This document shows, piece by piece, positions 1-13,155 of a DNA stretch of 64,000 bases. Origin of the DNA: Eledone cirrhosa (Eukaryota); contig OZ024752.1 in NCBI GenBank assembly GCA_964016885.1, positions 25,110,001 through 25,174,000 on the forward strand. Direction: 5' to 3'. The stretch's first letter is position 1, and each line of letters begins with the position of its first letter. The notes under the pieces are model-generated. The model saw nothing but the letters and a program-made list of their open reading frames with translations. It was not told the origin of the DNA and did not search any database. Made by a program: the position numbers and the translations under genes.

Positions 1-416
1 GTGTGTGGCTGCAGGGGAATCCAGCCGACGACGACGCCCGGACGGGGCGTCGTGGTGGTAGCTTGGCTTGGTCGATGCGACGACAACACGCCGCCCAAAC
101 TTGCTTCCTTCGGGGAGGCCCCGCGTAGACGGCGGAAAGAAATCCATTCCGCCGGCTAGGCGGTTCCGCCGCCGACCCGTACTTTTACGAGTAGCTGCCG
201 GGAAAGAGAGGCGGCAAGACGGCGTGTATACCCGTCGCGAGGCGAAGTTCCGCGACGCGACACGACGCCTTCCGTCTTCCGCCTCGAACCCGGCAAACGT
301 TCTCGCCCCTTGCCGCTTCGATGGCGAGAAAGTTCGCAACCCGCCGGCGAGGCGTATCCGCCGCCGACCCGTAGGGCTGCGCAACGCCTGCGGGGAATAC
401 CACCGAGTAGGGATTT

Positions 417-455
417 TGCAGCACGGCCAGGGGGTTCTGTCTATTATATAGGGTA
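417..455 (+). promoter_or_regulatory. Putative RNA Pol I spacer promoter (first of 78 copies, one per monomer; last copy ~55000-55038); predicted +1 at A450
   Basis: TGCAGCACGGCCAGGGGGTTCTGTCTATTATATAGGGTA. TATATAGGG matches the Pol I initiation motif known from plant and arthropod rDNA, and the block matches the gene-proximal copy at 55726-55764 at 38 of 39 positions. Activity is inferred, not shown. Confidence 0.75.
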
Positions 456-1140
456 GGCTTGATCGGACGAGCTCGAAGAAAACGATTCCGGGTGCTACCC
501 GTCGAGAGTCGTGAATATTCCGTTTACAAGACGGGTACGTGCCGGCCTACCCTATGCTATGACGGATGTCTCCGCCTCGACGACATGCCGTCTAGAACTC
601 GTCCGCCCCGCCTGCACGTTAACGCCCGCCCTCCGCCTCCGATGCCGTGTTCCGCCTCCGATGCGTGTTCTGCCCGTAAAGTCTTGCCAACTTGGCCGCC
701 TCCGACCCGTGTGTGGCTGCAGGGGAATCCAGCCGACGACGACGCCCGGACGGGGCGTCGTGGTGGTAGCTTGGCTTGGTCGATGCGACGACAACACGCC
801 GCCCAAACTTGCTTCCTTCGGGGAGGCCCCGCGTAGACGGCGGAAAGAAATCCATTCCGCCGGCTAGGCGGTTCCGCCGCCGACCCGTACTTTTACGAGT
901 AGCTGCCGGGAAAGAGAGGCGGCAAGACGGCGTGTATACCCGTCGCGAGGCGAAGTTCCGCGACGCGACACGACGCCTTCCGTCTTCCGCCTCGAACCCG
1001 GCAAACGTTCTCGCCCCTTGCCGCTTCGATGGCGAGAAAGTTCGCAACCCGCCGGCGACCCGTAGGGCTGCGCAACGCCTGCGGGGAATACCACCGAGTA
1101 GGGATTTTGCAGCACGGCCAGGGGGTTCTGTCTATTATAT

Positions 1141-4100
1141 AGGGTAGGCTTGATCGGACGAGCTCGAAGAAAACGATTCCGGGTGCTACCCGTCGAGAGT
1201 CGTGAATATTCCGTTTACAAGACGGGTACGTGCCGGCCTACCCTATGCTATGACGGATGTCTCCGCCTCGACGACATGCCGTCTAGAACTCGTCCGCCCC
1301 GCCTGCACGTTAACGCCCGCCCTCCGCCTCCGATGCCGTGTTCCGCCTCCGATGCGTGTTCTGCCCGTAAAGTCTTGCCAACTTGGCCGCCTCCGACCCG
1401 TGTGTGGCTGCAGGGGAATCCAGCCGACGACGACGCCTGGACGGGGCGTCGTGGTGGTAGCTTGGCTTGGTCGATGCGACGACAACACGCCGCCCAAACT
1501 TGCTTCCTTCGGGGAGGCCCCGCGTAGACGGCGGAAAGAAATCCATTCCGCCGGCTAGGCGGTTCCGCCGCCGACCCGTACTTTTACGAGTAGCTGCCGG
1601 GAAAGAGAGGCGGCAAGACGGCGTGTATACCCGTCGCGAGGCGAAGTTCCGCGACGCGACACGACGCCTTCCGTCTTCCGCCTCGAACCCGGCAAACGTT
1701 CTCGCCCCTTGCCGCTTCGATGGCGAGAAAGTTCGCAACCCGCCGGCGAGGCGTATCCGCCGCCGACCCGTAGGGCTGCGCAACGCCTGCGGGGAATACC
1801 ACCGAGTAGGGATTTTGCAGCACGGCCAGGGGGTTCTGTCTATTATATAGGGTAGGCTTGATCGGACGAGCTCGAAGAAAACGATTCCGGGTGCTACCCG
1901 TCGAGAGTCGTGAATATTCCGTTTACAAGACGGGTACGTGCCGGCCTACCCTATGCTATGACGGATGTCTCCGCCTCGACGACATGCCGTCTAGAACTCG
2001 TCCGCCCCGCCTGCACGTTAACGCCCGCCCTCCGCCTCCGATGCCGTGTTCCGCCTCCGATGCGTGTTCTGCCCGTAAAGTCTTGCCAACTTGGCCGCCT
2101 CCGACCCGTGTGTGGCTGCAGGGGAATCCAGCCGACGACGACGCCCGGACGGGGCGTCGTGGTGGTAGCTTGGCTTGGTCGATGCGACGACAACACGCCG
2201 CCCAAACTTGCTTCCTTCGGGGAGGCCCCGCGTAGACGGCGGAAAGAAATCCATTCCGCCGGCTAGGCGGTTCCGCCGCCGACCCGTACTTTTACGAGTA
2301 GCTGCCGGGAAAGAGAGGCGGCAAGACGGCGTGTATACCCGTCGCGAGGCGAAGTTCCGCGACGCGACACGACGCCTTCCGTCTTCCGCCTCGAACCCGG
2401 CAAACGTTCTCGCCCCTTGCCGCTTCGATGGCGAGAAAGTTCGCAACCCGCCGGCGAGGCGTATCCGCCGCCGACCCGTAGGGCTGCGCAACGCCTGCGG
2501 GGAATACCACCGAGTAGGGATTTTGCAGCACGGCCAGGGGGTTCTGTCTATTATATAGGGTAGGCTTGATCGGACGAGCTCGAAGAAAACGATTCCGGGT
2601 GCTACCCGTCGAGAGTCGTGAATATTCCGTTTACAAGACGGGTACGTGCCGGCCTACCCTATGCTATGACGGATGTCTCCGCCTCGACGACATGCCGTCT
2701 AGAACTCGTCCGCCCCGCCTGCACGTTAACGCCCGCCCTCCGCCTCCGATGCCGTGTTCCGCCTCCGATGCGTGTTCTGCCCGTAAAGTCTTGCCAACTT
2801 GGCCGCCTCCGACCCGTGTGTGGCTGCAGGGGAATCCAGCCGACGACGACGCCCGGACGGGGCGTCGTGGTGGTAGCTTGGCTTGGTCGATGCGACGACA
2901 ACACGCCGCCCAAACTTGCTTCCTTCGGGGAGGCCCCGCGTAGACGGCGGAAAGAAATCCATTCCGCCGGCTAGGCGGTTCCGCCGCCGACCCGTACTTT
3001 TACGAGTAGCTGCCGGGAAAGAGAGGCGGCAAGACGGCGTGTATACCCGTCGCGAGGCGAAGTTCCGCGACGCGACACGACGCCTTCCGTCTTCCGCCTC
3101 GAACCCGGCAAACGTTCTCGCCCCTTGCCGCTTCGATGGCGAGAAAGTTCGCAACCCGCCGGCGAGGCGTATCCGCCGCCGACCCGTAGGGCTGCGCAAC
3201 GCCTGCGGGGAATACCACCGAGTAGGGATTTTGCAGCACGGCCAGGGGGTTCTGTCTATTATATAGGGTAGGCTTGATCGGACGAGCTCGAAGAAAACGA
3301 TTCCGGGTGCTACCCGTCGAGAGTCGTGAATATTCCGTTTACAAGACGGGTACGTGCCGGCCTACCCTATGCTATGACGGATGTCTCCGCCTCGACGACA
3401 TGCCGTCTAGAACTCGTCCGCCCCGCCTGCACGTTAACGCCCGCCCTCCGCCTCCGATGCCGTGTTCCGCCTCCGATGCGTGTTCTGCCCGTAAAGTCTT
3501 GCCAACTTGGCCGCCTCCGACCCGTGTGTGGCTGCAGGGGAATCCAGCCGACGACGACGCCCGGACGGGGCGTCGTGGTGGTAGCTTGGCTTGGTCGATG
3601 CGACGACAACACGCCGCCCAAACTTGCTTCCTTCGGGGAGGCCCCGCGTAGACGGCGGAAAGAAATCCATTCCGCCGGCTAGGCGGTTCCGCCGCCGACC
3701 CGTACTTTTACGAGTAGCTGCCGGGAAAGAGAGGCGGCAAGACGGCGTGTATACCCGTCGCGAGGCGAAGTTCCGCGACGCGACACGACGCCTTCCGTCT
3801 TCCGCCTCGAACCCGGCAAACGTTCTCGCCCCTTGCCGCTTCGATGGCGAGAAAGTTCGCAACCCGCCGGCGAGGCGTATCCGCCGCCGACCCGTAGGGC
3901 TGCGCAACGCCTGCGGGGAATACCACCGAGTAGGGATTTTGCAGCACGGCCAGGGGGTTCTGTCTATTATATAGGGTAGGCTTGATCGGACGAGCTCGAA
4001 GAAAACGATTCCGGGTGCTACCCGTCGAGAGTCGTGAATATTCCGTTTACAAGACGGGTACGTGCCGGCCTACCCTATGCTATGACGGATGTCTCCGCCT

Positions 4101-7100
4101 CGACGACATGCCGTCTAGAACTCGTCCGCCCCGCCTGCACGTTAACGCCCGCCCTCCGCCTCCGATGCCGTGTTCCGCCTCCGATGCGTGTTCTGCCCGT
4201 AAAGTCTTGCCAACTTGGCCGCCTCCGACCCGTGTGTGGCTGCAGGGGAATCCAGCCGACGACGACGCCCGGACGGGGCGTCGTGGTGGTAGCTTGGCTT
4301 GGTCGATGCGACGACAACACGCCGCCGCCCAAACTTGCTTCCTTCGGGGAGGCCCCGCGTAGACGGCGGAAAGAAATCCATTCCGCCGGCTAGGCGGTTC
4401 CGCCGCCGACCCGTACTTTTACGAGTAGCTGCCGGGAAAGAGAGGCGGCAAGACGGCGTGTATACCCGTCGCGAGGCGAAGTTCCGCGACGCGACACGAC
4501 GCCTTCCGTCTTCCGCCTCGAACCCGGCAAACGTTCTCGCCCCTTGCCGCTTCGATGGCGAGAAAGTTCGCAACCCGCCGGCGAGGCGTATCCGCCGCCG
4601 ACCCGTAGGGCTGCGCAACGCCTGCGGGGAATACCACCGAGTAGGGATTTTGCAGCACGGCCAGGGGGTTCTGTCTATTATATAGGGTAGGCTTGATCGG
4701 ACGAGCTCGAAGAAAACGATTCCGGGTGCTACCCGTCGAGAGTCGTGAATATTCCGTTTACAAGACGGGTACGTGCCGGCCTACCCTATGCTATGACGGA
4801 TGTCTCCGCCTCGACGACATGCCGTCTAGAACTCGTCCGCCCCGCCTGCACGTTAACGCCCGCCCTCCGCCTCCGATGCCGTGTTCCGCCTCCGATGCGT
4901 GTTCTGCCCGTAAAGTCTTGCCAACTTGGCCGCCTCCGACCCGTGTGTGGCTGCAGGGGAATCCAGCCGACGACGACGCCCGGACGGGGCGTCGTGGTGG
5001 TAGCTTGGCTTGGTCGATGCGACGACAACACGCCGCCCAAACTTGCTTCCTTCGGGGAGGCCCCGCGTAGACGGCGGAAAGAAATCCATTCCGCCGGCTA
5101 GGCGGTTCCGCCGCCGACCCGTACTTTTACGAGTAGCTGCCGGGAAAGAGAGGCGGCAAGACGGCGTGTATACCCGTCGCGAGGCGAAGTTCCGCGACGC
5201 GACACGACGCCTTCCGTCTTCCGCCTCGAACCCGGCAAACGTTCTCGCCCCTTGCCGCTTCGATGGCGAGAAAGTTCGCAACCCGCCGGCGAGGCGTATC
5301 CGCCGCCGACCCGTAGGGCTGCGCAACGCCTGCGGGGAATACCACCGAGTAGGGATTTTGCAGCACGGCCAGGGGGTTCTGTCTATTATATAGGGTAGGC
5401 TTGATCGGACGAGCTCGAAGAAAACGATTCCGGGTGCTACCCGTCGAGAGTCGTGAATATTCCGTTTACAAGACGGGTACGTGCCGGCCTACCCTATGCT
5501 ATGACGGATGTCTCCGCCTCGACGACATGCCGTCTAGAACTCGTCCGCCCCGCCTGCACGTTAACGCCCGCCCTCCGCCTCCGATGCCGTGTTCCGCCTC
5601 CGATGCGTGTTCTGCCCGTAAAGTCTTGCCAACTTGGCCGCCTCCGACCCGTGTGTGGCTGCAGGGGAATCCAGCCGACGACGACGCCCGGACGGGGCGT
5701 CGTGGTGGTAGCTTGGCTTGGTCGATGCGACGACAACACGCCGCCCAAACTTGCTTCCTTCGGGGAGGCCCCGCGTAGACGGCGGAAAGAAATCCATTCC
5801 GCCGGCTAGGCGGTTCCGCCGCCGACCCGTACTTTTACGAGTAGCTGCCGGGAAAGAGAGGCGGCAAGACGGCGTGTATACCCGTCGCGAGGCGAAGTTC
5901 CGCGACGCGACACGACGCCTTCCGTCTTCCGCCTCGAACCCGGCAAACGTTCTCGCCCCTTGCCGCTTCGATGGCGAGAAAGTTCGCAACCCGCCGGCGA
6001 GGCGTATCCGCCGCCGACCCGTAGGGCTGCGCAACGCCTGCGGGGAATACCACCGAGTAGGGATTTTGCAGCACGGCCAGGGGGTTCTGTCTATTATATA
6101 GGGTAGGCTTGATCGGACGAGCTCGAAGAAAACGATTCCGGGTGCTACCCGTCGAGAGTCGTGAATATTCCGTTTACAAGACGGGTACGTGCCGGCCTAC
6201 CCTATGCTATGACGGATGTCTCCGCCTCGACGACATGCCGTCTAGAACTCGTCCGCCCCGCCTGCACGTTAACGCCCGCCCTCCGCCTCCGATGCCGTGT
6301 TCCGCCTCCGATGCGTGTTCTGCCCGTAAAGTCTTGCCAACTTGGCCGCCTCCGACCCGTGTGTGGCTGCAGGGGAATCCAGCCGACGACGACGCCCGGA
6401 CGGGGCGTCGTGGTGGTAGCTTGGCTTGGTCGATGCGACGACAACACGCCGCCCAAACTTGCTTCCTTCGGGGAGGCCCCGCGTAGACGGCGGAAAGAAA
6501 TCCATTCCGCCGGCTAGGCGGTTCCGCCGCCGACCCGTACTTTTACGAGTAGCTGCCGGGAAAGAGAGGCGGCAAGACGGCGTGTATACCCGTCGCGAGG
6601 CGAAGTTCCGCGACGCGACACGACGCCTTCCGTCTTCCGCCTCGAACCCGGCAAACGTTCTCGCCCCTTGCCGCTTCGATGGCGAGAAAGTTCGCAACCC
6701 GCCGGCGAGGCGTATCCGCCGCCGACCCGTAGGGCTGCGCAACGCCTGCGGGGAATACCACCGAGTAGGGATTTTGCAGCACGGCCAGGGGGTTCTGTCT
6801 ATTATATAGGGTAGGCTTGATCGGACGAGCTCGAAGAAAACGATTCCGGGTGCTACCCGTCGAGAGTCGTGAATATTCCGTTTACAAGACGGGTACGTGC
6901 CGGCCTACCCTATGCTATGACGGATGTCTCCGCCTCGACGACATGCCGTCTAGAACTCGTCCGCCCCGCCTGCACGTTAACGCCCGCCCTCCGCCTCCGA
7001 TGCCGTGTTCCGCCTCCGATGCGTGTTCTGCCCGTAAAGTCTTGCCAACTTGGCCGCCTCCGACCCGTGTGTGGCTGCAGGGGAATCCAGCCGACGACGA

Positions 7101-10100
7101 CGCCTGGACGGGGCGTCGTGGTGGTAGCTTGGCTTGGTCGATGCGACGACAACACGCCGCCCAAACTTGCTTCCTTCGGGGAGGCCCCGCGTAGACGGCG
7201 GAAAGAAATCCATTCCGCCGGCTAGGCGGTTCCGCCGCCGACCCGTACTTTTACGAGTAGCTGCCGGGAAAGAGAGGCGGCAAGACGGCGTGTATACCCG
7301 TCGCGAGGCGAAGTTCCGCGACGCGACACGACGCCTTCCGTCTTCCGCCTCGAACCCGGCAAACGTTCTCGCCCCTTGCCGCTTCGATGGCGAGAAAGTT
7401 CGCAACCCGCCGGCGAGGCGTATCCGCCGCCGACCCGTAGGGCTGCGCAACGCCTGCGGGGAATACCACCGAGTAGGGATTTTGCAGCACGGCCAGGGGG
7501 TTCTGTCTATTATATAGGGTAGGCTTGATCGGACGAGCTCGAAGAAAACGATTCCGGGTGCTACCCGTCGAGAGTCGTGAATATTCCGTTTACAAGACGG
7601 GTACGTGCCGGCCTACCCTATGCTATGACGGATGTCTCCGCCTCGACGACATGCCGTCCAGAACTCGTCCGCCCCGCCTGCACGTTAACGCCCGCCCTCC
7701 GCCTCCGATGCTGTGTTCCGCCTCCGATGCGTGTTCTGCCCGTAAAGTCTTGCCAACTTGGCCGCCTCCGACCCGTGTGTGGCTGCAGGGGAATCCAGCC
7801 GACGACGACGCCCGGACGGGGCGTCGTGGTGGTAGCTTGGTCGATGCGACGACAACACGCCGCCAACTTGCTTCCTTCGGGGAGGCCCCGTGTAGACGGC
7901 GGAAAGAAATCCATTCCGCCGGCTAGGCGGTTCCGCCGCCGACCCGTACTTTTACGAGTAGCTGCCGGGAAAGAGAGGCGGCAAGACGGCGTGTATACCC
8001 GTCGCGAGGCGAAGTTCCGCGACGCGACACGACGCCTTCCGTCTTCCGCCTCGAACCCGGCAAACGTTCCTTTATTCGTTCTCGCCTTGCCGCTTCGATG
8101 GCGAGAAAGTTCGCAACCCGCCGGCGAGGCGTATCCGCCGCCGACCCGTAGGGCTGCGCAACGCCTGCGGGGAATACCACCGAGTAGGGATTTTGCAGCA
8201 CGGCCAGGGGGTTCTGTCTATTATATAGGGTAGGCTTGATCGGACGAGCTCGAAGAAAACGATTCCGGGTGCTACCCGTCGAGAGTCGTGAATATTCCGT
8301 TTACAAGACGGGTACGTGCCGGCCTACCCTATGCTATGACGGATGTCTCCGCCTCGACGACATGCCGTCTAGAACTCGTCCGCCCCGCCTGCACGTTAAC
8401 GCCCGCGCTCCGTCTTCCGCCTCCGATGCGTGTTCTGCCCGTAAAGTCTTGCCAACTTGGCCGCCTCCGACCCGTGTGTGGCTGCAGGGGAATCCAGCCG
8501 ACGACGACGCCCGGACGGGGCGTCGTGGTGGTAGCTTGGCTTGGTCGATGCGACGACAACACGCCGCCCAAACTTGCTTCCTTCGGGGAGGCCCCGTGTA
8601 GACGGCGGAAAGAAATCCATTCCGCCGGCTAGGCGGTTCCGCCGCCGACCCGTACTTTTACGAGTAGCTGCCGGGAAAGAGAGGCGGCAAGACGGCGTGT
8701 ATACCCGTCGCGAGGCGAAGTTCCGCGACGCGACACGACGCCTTCCGTCTTCCGCCTCGAACCCGGCAAACGTTCTCGCCCTTGCCGCTTCGATGGCGAG
8801 AAAAGTTCGCAACCCGCCGGCGAGGCGTATCCGCCGCCGACCCGTAGGGCTGCGCAACGCCTGCGGGGAATACCACCGAGTAGGGATTTTGCAGCACGGC
8901 CAGGGGGTTCTGTCTATTATATAGGGTAGGCTTGATCGGACGAGCTCGAAGAAAACGATTCCGGGTGCTACCCGTCGAGAGTCGTGAATATTCCGTTTAC
9001 AAGACGGGTACGTGCCGGCCTACCCTATGCTATGACGGATGTCTCCGCCTCGACGACATGCCGTCTAGAACTCGTCCGCCCCGCCTGCACGTTAACGCCC
9101 GCGCTCCGTCTTCCGCCTCCGATGCGTGTTCTGCCCGTAAAGTCTTGCCAACTTGGCCGCCTCCGACCCGTGTGTGGCTGCAGGGGAATCCAGCCGACGA
9201 CGACGCCCGGACGGGGCGTCGTGGTGGTAGCTTGGCTTGGTCGATGCGACGACAACACGCCGCCCAAACTTGCTTCCTTCGGGGAGGCCCCGTGTAGACG
9301 GCGGAAAGAAATCCATTCCGCCGGCTAGGCGGTTCCGCCGCCGACCCGTACTTTTACGAGTAGCTGCCGGGAAAGAGAGGCGGCAAGACGGCGTGTATAC
9401 CCGTCGCGAGGCGAAGTTCCGCGACGCGACACGACGCCTTCCGTCTTCCGCCTCGAACCCGGCAAACGTTCCTTTATTCGTTCTCGCCCTTGCCGCTTCG
9501 ATGGCGAGAAAGTTCGCAACCCGCCGGCGAGGCGTATCCGCCGCCGACCCGTAGGGCTGCGCAACGCCTGCGGGGAATACCACCGAGTAGGGATTTTGCA
9601 GCACGGCCAGGGGGTTCTGTCTATTATATAGGGTAGGCTTGATCGGACGAGCTCGAAGAAAACGATTCCGGGTGCTACCCGTCGAGAGTCGTGAATATTC
9701 CGTTTACAAGACGGGTACGTGCCGGCCTACCCTATGCTATGACGGATGTCTCCGCCTCGACGACATGCCGTCTAGAACTCGTCCGCCCCGCCTGCACGTT
9801 AACGCCCGCCCTCCGCCTCCGATGCCGTGTTCCGCCTCCGATGCGTGTTCTGCCCGTAAAGTCTTGCCAACTTGGCCGCCTCCGACCCGTGTGTGGCTGC
9901 AGGGGAATCCAGCCGACGACGACGCCCGGACGGGGCGTCGTGGTGGTAGCTTGGCTTGGTCGATGCGACGACAACACGCCGCCCAAACTTGCTTCCTTCG
10001 GGGAGGCCCCGCGTAGACGGCGGAAAGAAATCCATTCCGCCGGCTAGGCGGTTCCGCCGCCGACCCGTACTTTTACGAGTAGCTGCCGGGAAAGAGAGGC

Positions 10101-13100
10101 GGCAAGACGGCGTGTATACCCGTCGCGAGGCGAAGTTCCGCGACGCGACACGACGCCTTCCGTCTTCCGCCTCGAACCCGGCAAACGTTCTCGCCCCTTG
10201 CCGCTTCGATGGCGAGAAAGTTCGCAACCCGCCGGCGAGGCGTATCCGCCGCCGACCCGTAGGGCTGCGCAACGCCTGCGGGGAATACCACCGAGTAGGG
10301 ATTTTGCAGCACGGCCAGGGGGTTCTGTCTATTATATAGGGTAGGCTTGATCGGACGAGCTCGAAGAAAACGATTCCGGGTGCTACCCGTCGAGAGTCGT
10401 GAATATTCCGTTTACAAGACGGGTACGTGCCGGCCTACCCTATGCTATGACGGATGTCTCCGCCTCGACGACATGCCGTCTAGAACTCGTCCGCCCCGCC
10501 TGCACGTTAACGCCCGCCCTCCGCCTCCGATGCCGTGTTCCGCCTCCGATGCGTGTTCTGCCCGTAAAGTCTTGCCAACTTGGCCGCCTCCGACCCGTGT
10601 GTGGCTGCAGGGGAATCCAGCCGACGACGACGCCCGGACGGGGCGTCGTGGTGGTAGCTTGGCTTGGTCGATGCGACGACAACACGCCGCCGCCCAAACT
10701 TGCTTCCTTCGGGGAGGCCCCGCGTAGACGGCGGAAAGAAATCCATTCCGCCGGCTAGGCGGTTCCGCCGCCGACCCGTACTTTTACGAGTAGCTGCCGG
10801 GAAAGAGAGGCGGCAAGACGGCGTGTATACCCGTCGCGAGGCGAAGTTCCGCGACGCGACACGACGCCTTCCGTCTTCCGCCTCGAACCCGGCAAACGTT
10901 CTCGCCCCTTGCCGCTTCGATGGCGAGAAAGTTCGCAACCCGCCGGCGAGGCGTATCCGCCGCCGACCCGTAGGGCTGCGCAACGCCTGCGGGGAATACC
11001 ACCGAGTAGGGATTTTGCAGCACGGCCAGGGGGTTCTGTCTATTATATAGGGTAGGCTTGATCGGACGAGCTCGAAGAAAACGATTCCGGGTGCTACCCG
11101 TCGAGAGTCGTGAATATTCCGTTTACAAGACGGGTACGTGCCGGCCTACCCTATGCTATGACGGATGTCTCCGCCTCGACGACATGCCGTCTAGAACTCG
11201 TCCGCCCCGCCTGCACGTTAACGCCCGCCCTCCGCCTCCGATGCCGTGTTCCGCCTCCGATGCGTGTTCTGCCCGTAAAGTCTTGCCAACTTGGCCGCCT
11301 CCGACCCGTGTGTGGCTGCAGGGGAATCCAGCCGACGACGACGCCCGGACGGGGCGTCGTGGTGGTAGCTTGGCTTGGTCGATGCGACGACAACACGCCG
11401 CCCAAACTTGCTTCCTTCGGGGAGGCCCCGCGTAGACGGCGGAAAGAAATCCATTCCGCCGGCTAGGCGGTTCCGCCGCCGACCCGTACTTTTACGAGTA
11501 GCTGCCGGGAAAGAGAGGCGGCAAGACGGCGTGTATACCCGTCGCGAGGCGAAGTTCCGCGACGCGACACGACGCCTTCCGTCTTCCGCCTCGAACCCGG
11601 CAAACGTTCTCGCCCCTTGCCGCTTCGATGGCGAGAAAGTTCGCAACCCGCCGGCGAGGCGTATCCGCCGCCGACCCGTAGGGCTGCGCAACGCCTGCGG
11701 GGAATACCACCGAGTAGGGATTTTGCAGCACGGCCAGGGGGTTCTGTCTATTATATAGGGTAGGCTTGATCGGACGAGCTCGAAGAAAACGATTCCGGGT
11801 GCTACCCGTCGAGAGTCGTGAATATTCCGTTTACAAGACGGGTACGTGCCGGCCTACCCTATGCTATGACGGATGTCTCCGCCTCGACGACATGCCGTCT
11901 AGAACTCGTCCGCCCCGCCTGCACGTTAACGCCCGCCCTCCGCCTCCGATGCCGTGTTCCGCCTCCGATGCGTGTTCTGCCCGTAAAGTCTTGCCAACTT
12001 GGCCGCCTCCGACCCGTGTGTGGCTGCAGGGGAATCCAGCCGACGACGACGCCCGGACGGGGCGTCGTGGTGGTAGCTTGGCTTGGTCGATGCGACGACA
12101 ACACGCCGCCCAAACTTGCTTCCTTCGGGGAGGCCCCGCGTAGACGGCGGAAAGAAATCCATTCCGCCGGCTAGGCGGTTCCGCCGCCGACCCGTACTTT
12201 TACGAGTAGCTGCCGGGAAAGAGAGGCGGCAAGACGGCGTGTATACCCGTCGCGAGGCGAAGTTCCGCGACGCGACACGACGCCTTCCGTCTTCCGCCTC
12301 GAACCCGGCAAACGTTCTCGCCCCTTGCCGCTTCGATGGCGAGAAAGTTCGCAACCCGCCGGCGAGGCGTATCCGCCGCCGACCCGTAGGGCTGCGCAAC
12401 GCCTGCGGGGAATACCACCGAGTAGGGATTTTGCAGCACGGCCAGGGGGTTCTGTCTATTATATAGGGTAGGCTTGATCGGACGAGCTCGAAGAAAACGA
12501 TTCCGGGTGCTACCCGTCGAGAGTCGTGAATATTCCGTTTACAAGACGGGTACGTGCCGGCCTACCCTATGCTATGACGGATGTCTCCGCCTCGACGACA
12601 TGCCGTCTAGAACTCGTCCGCCCCGCCTGCACGTTAACGCCCGCCCTCCGCCTCCGATGCCGTGTTCCGCCTCCGATGCGTGTTCTGCCCGTAAAGTCTT
12701 GCCAACTTGGCCGCCTCCGACCCGTGTGTGGCTGCAGGGGAATCCAGCCGACGACGACGCCCGGACGGGGCGTCGTGGTGGTAGCTTGGCTTGGTCGATG
12801 CGACGACAACACGCCGCCCAAACTTGCTTCCTTCGGGGAGGCCCCGCGTAGACGGCGGAAAGAAATCCATTCCGCCGGCTAGGCGGTTCCGCCGCCGACC
12901 CGTACTTTTACGAGTAGCTGCCGGGAAAGAGAGGCGGCAAGACGGCGTGTATACCCGTCGCGAGGCGAAGTTCCGCGACGCGACACGACGCCTTCCGTCT
13001 TCCGCCTCGAACCCGGCAAACGTTCTCGCCCCTTGCCGCTTCGATGGCGAGAAAGTTCGCAACCCGCCGGCGACCCGTAGGGCTGCGCAACGCCTGCGGG

Positions 13101-13155
13101 GAATACCACCGAGTAGGGATTTTGCAGCACGGCCAGGGGGTTCTGTCTATTATAT
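1141..13155 (+). repeat. Higher-order repeat block A (17 monomers, 12015 bp)
   Basis: The same order of variant monomers (CCTGG variant, +GCC 711-bp unit, CCTGG variant, CCAGA/CTTTATTCG variant, 696-bp unit) recurs at an offset of 12015 bp. Examples: 1150/13165, 3982/15997, 7525/19540, 8236/20251, and the 17-bp deletion units 459/12474. Confidence 0.85.

Noticed and set aside
445-453. TATATA as a Pol II TATA box driving the downstream ORF
   Set aside because: The ORF begins with TTG only a few bases after the motif. The TATATAGGG context and the matching copy at the head of the ETS fit a Pol I initiation site better.
384-500. Short 5S rRNA-like words in the monomer (CGCCTG..GGGAATACC, GTAGGCTT, CCGGGTGCT, and CTCGTCCGATC on the minus strand)
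   Set aside because: They are not colinear, lie on mixed strands and do not form a 120-nt 5S gene with internal A and C boxes, so they are probably chance. A cmsearch with the Rfam 5S model would settle it.
1-708. Satellite-encoded hammerhead ribozyme
   Set aside because: I could not find the CTGANGA core on either strand of the consensus monomer.
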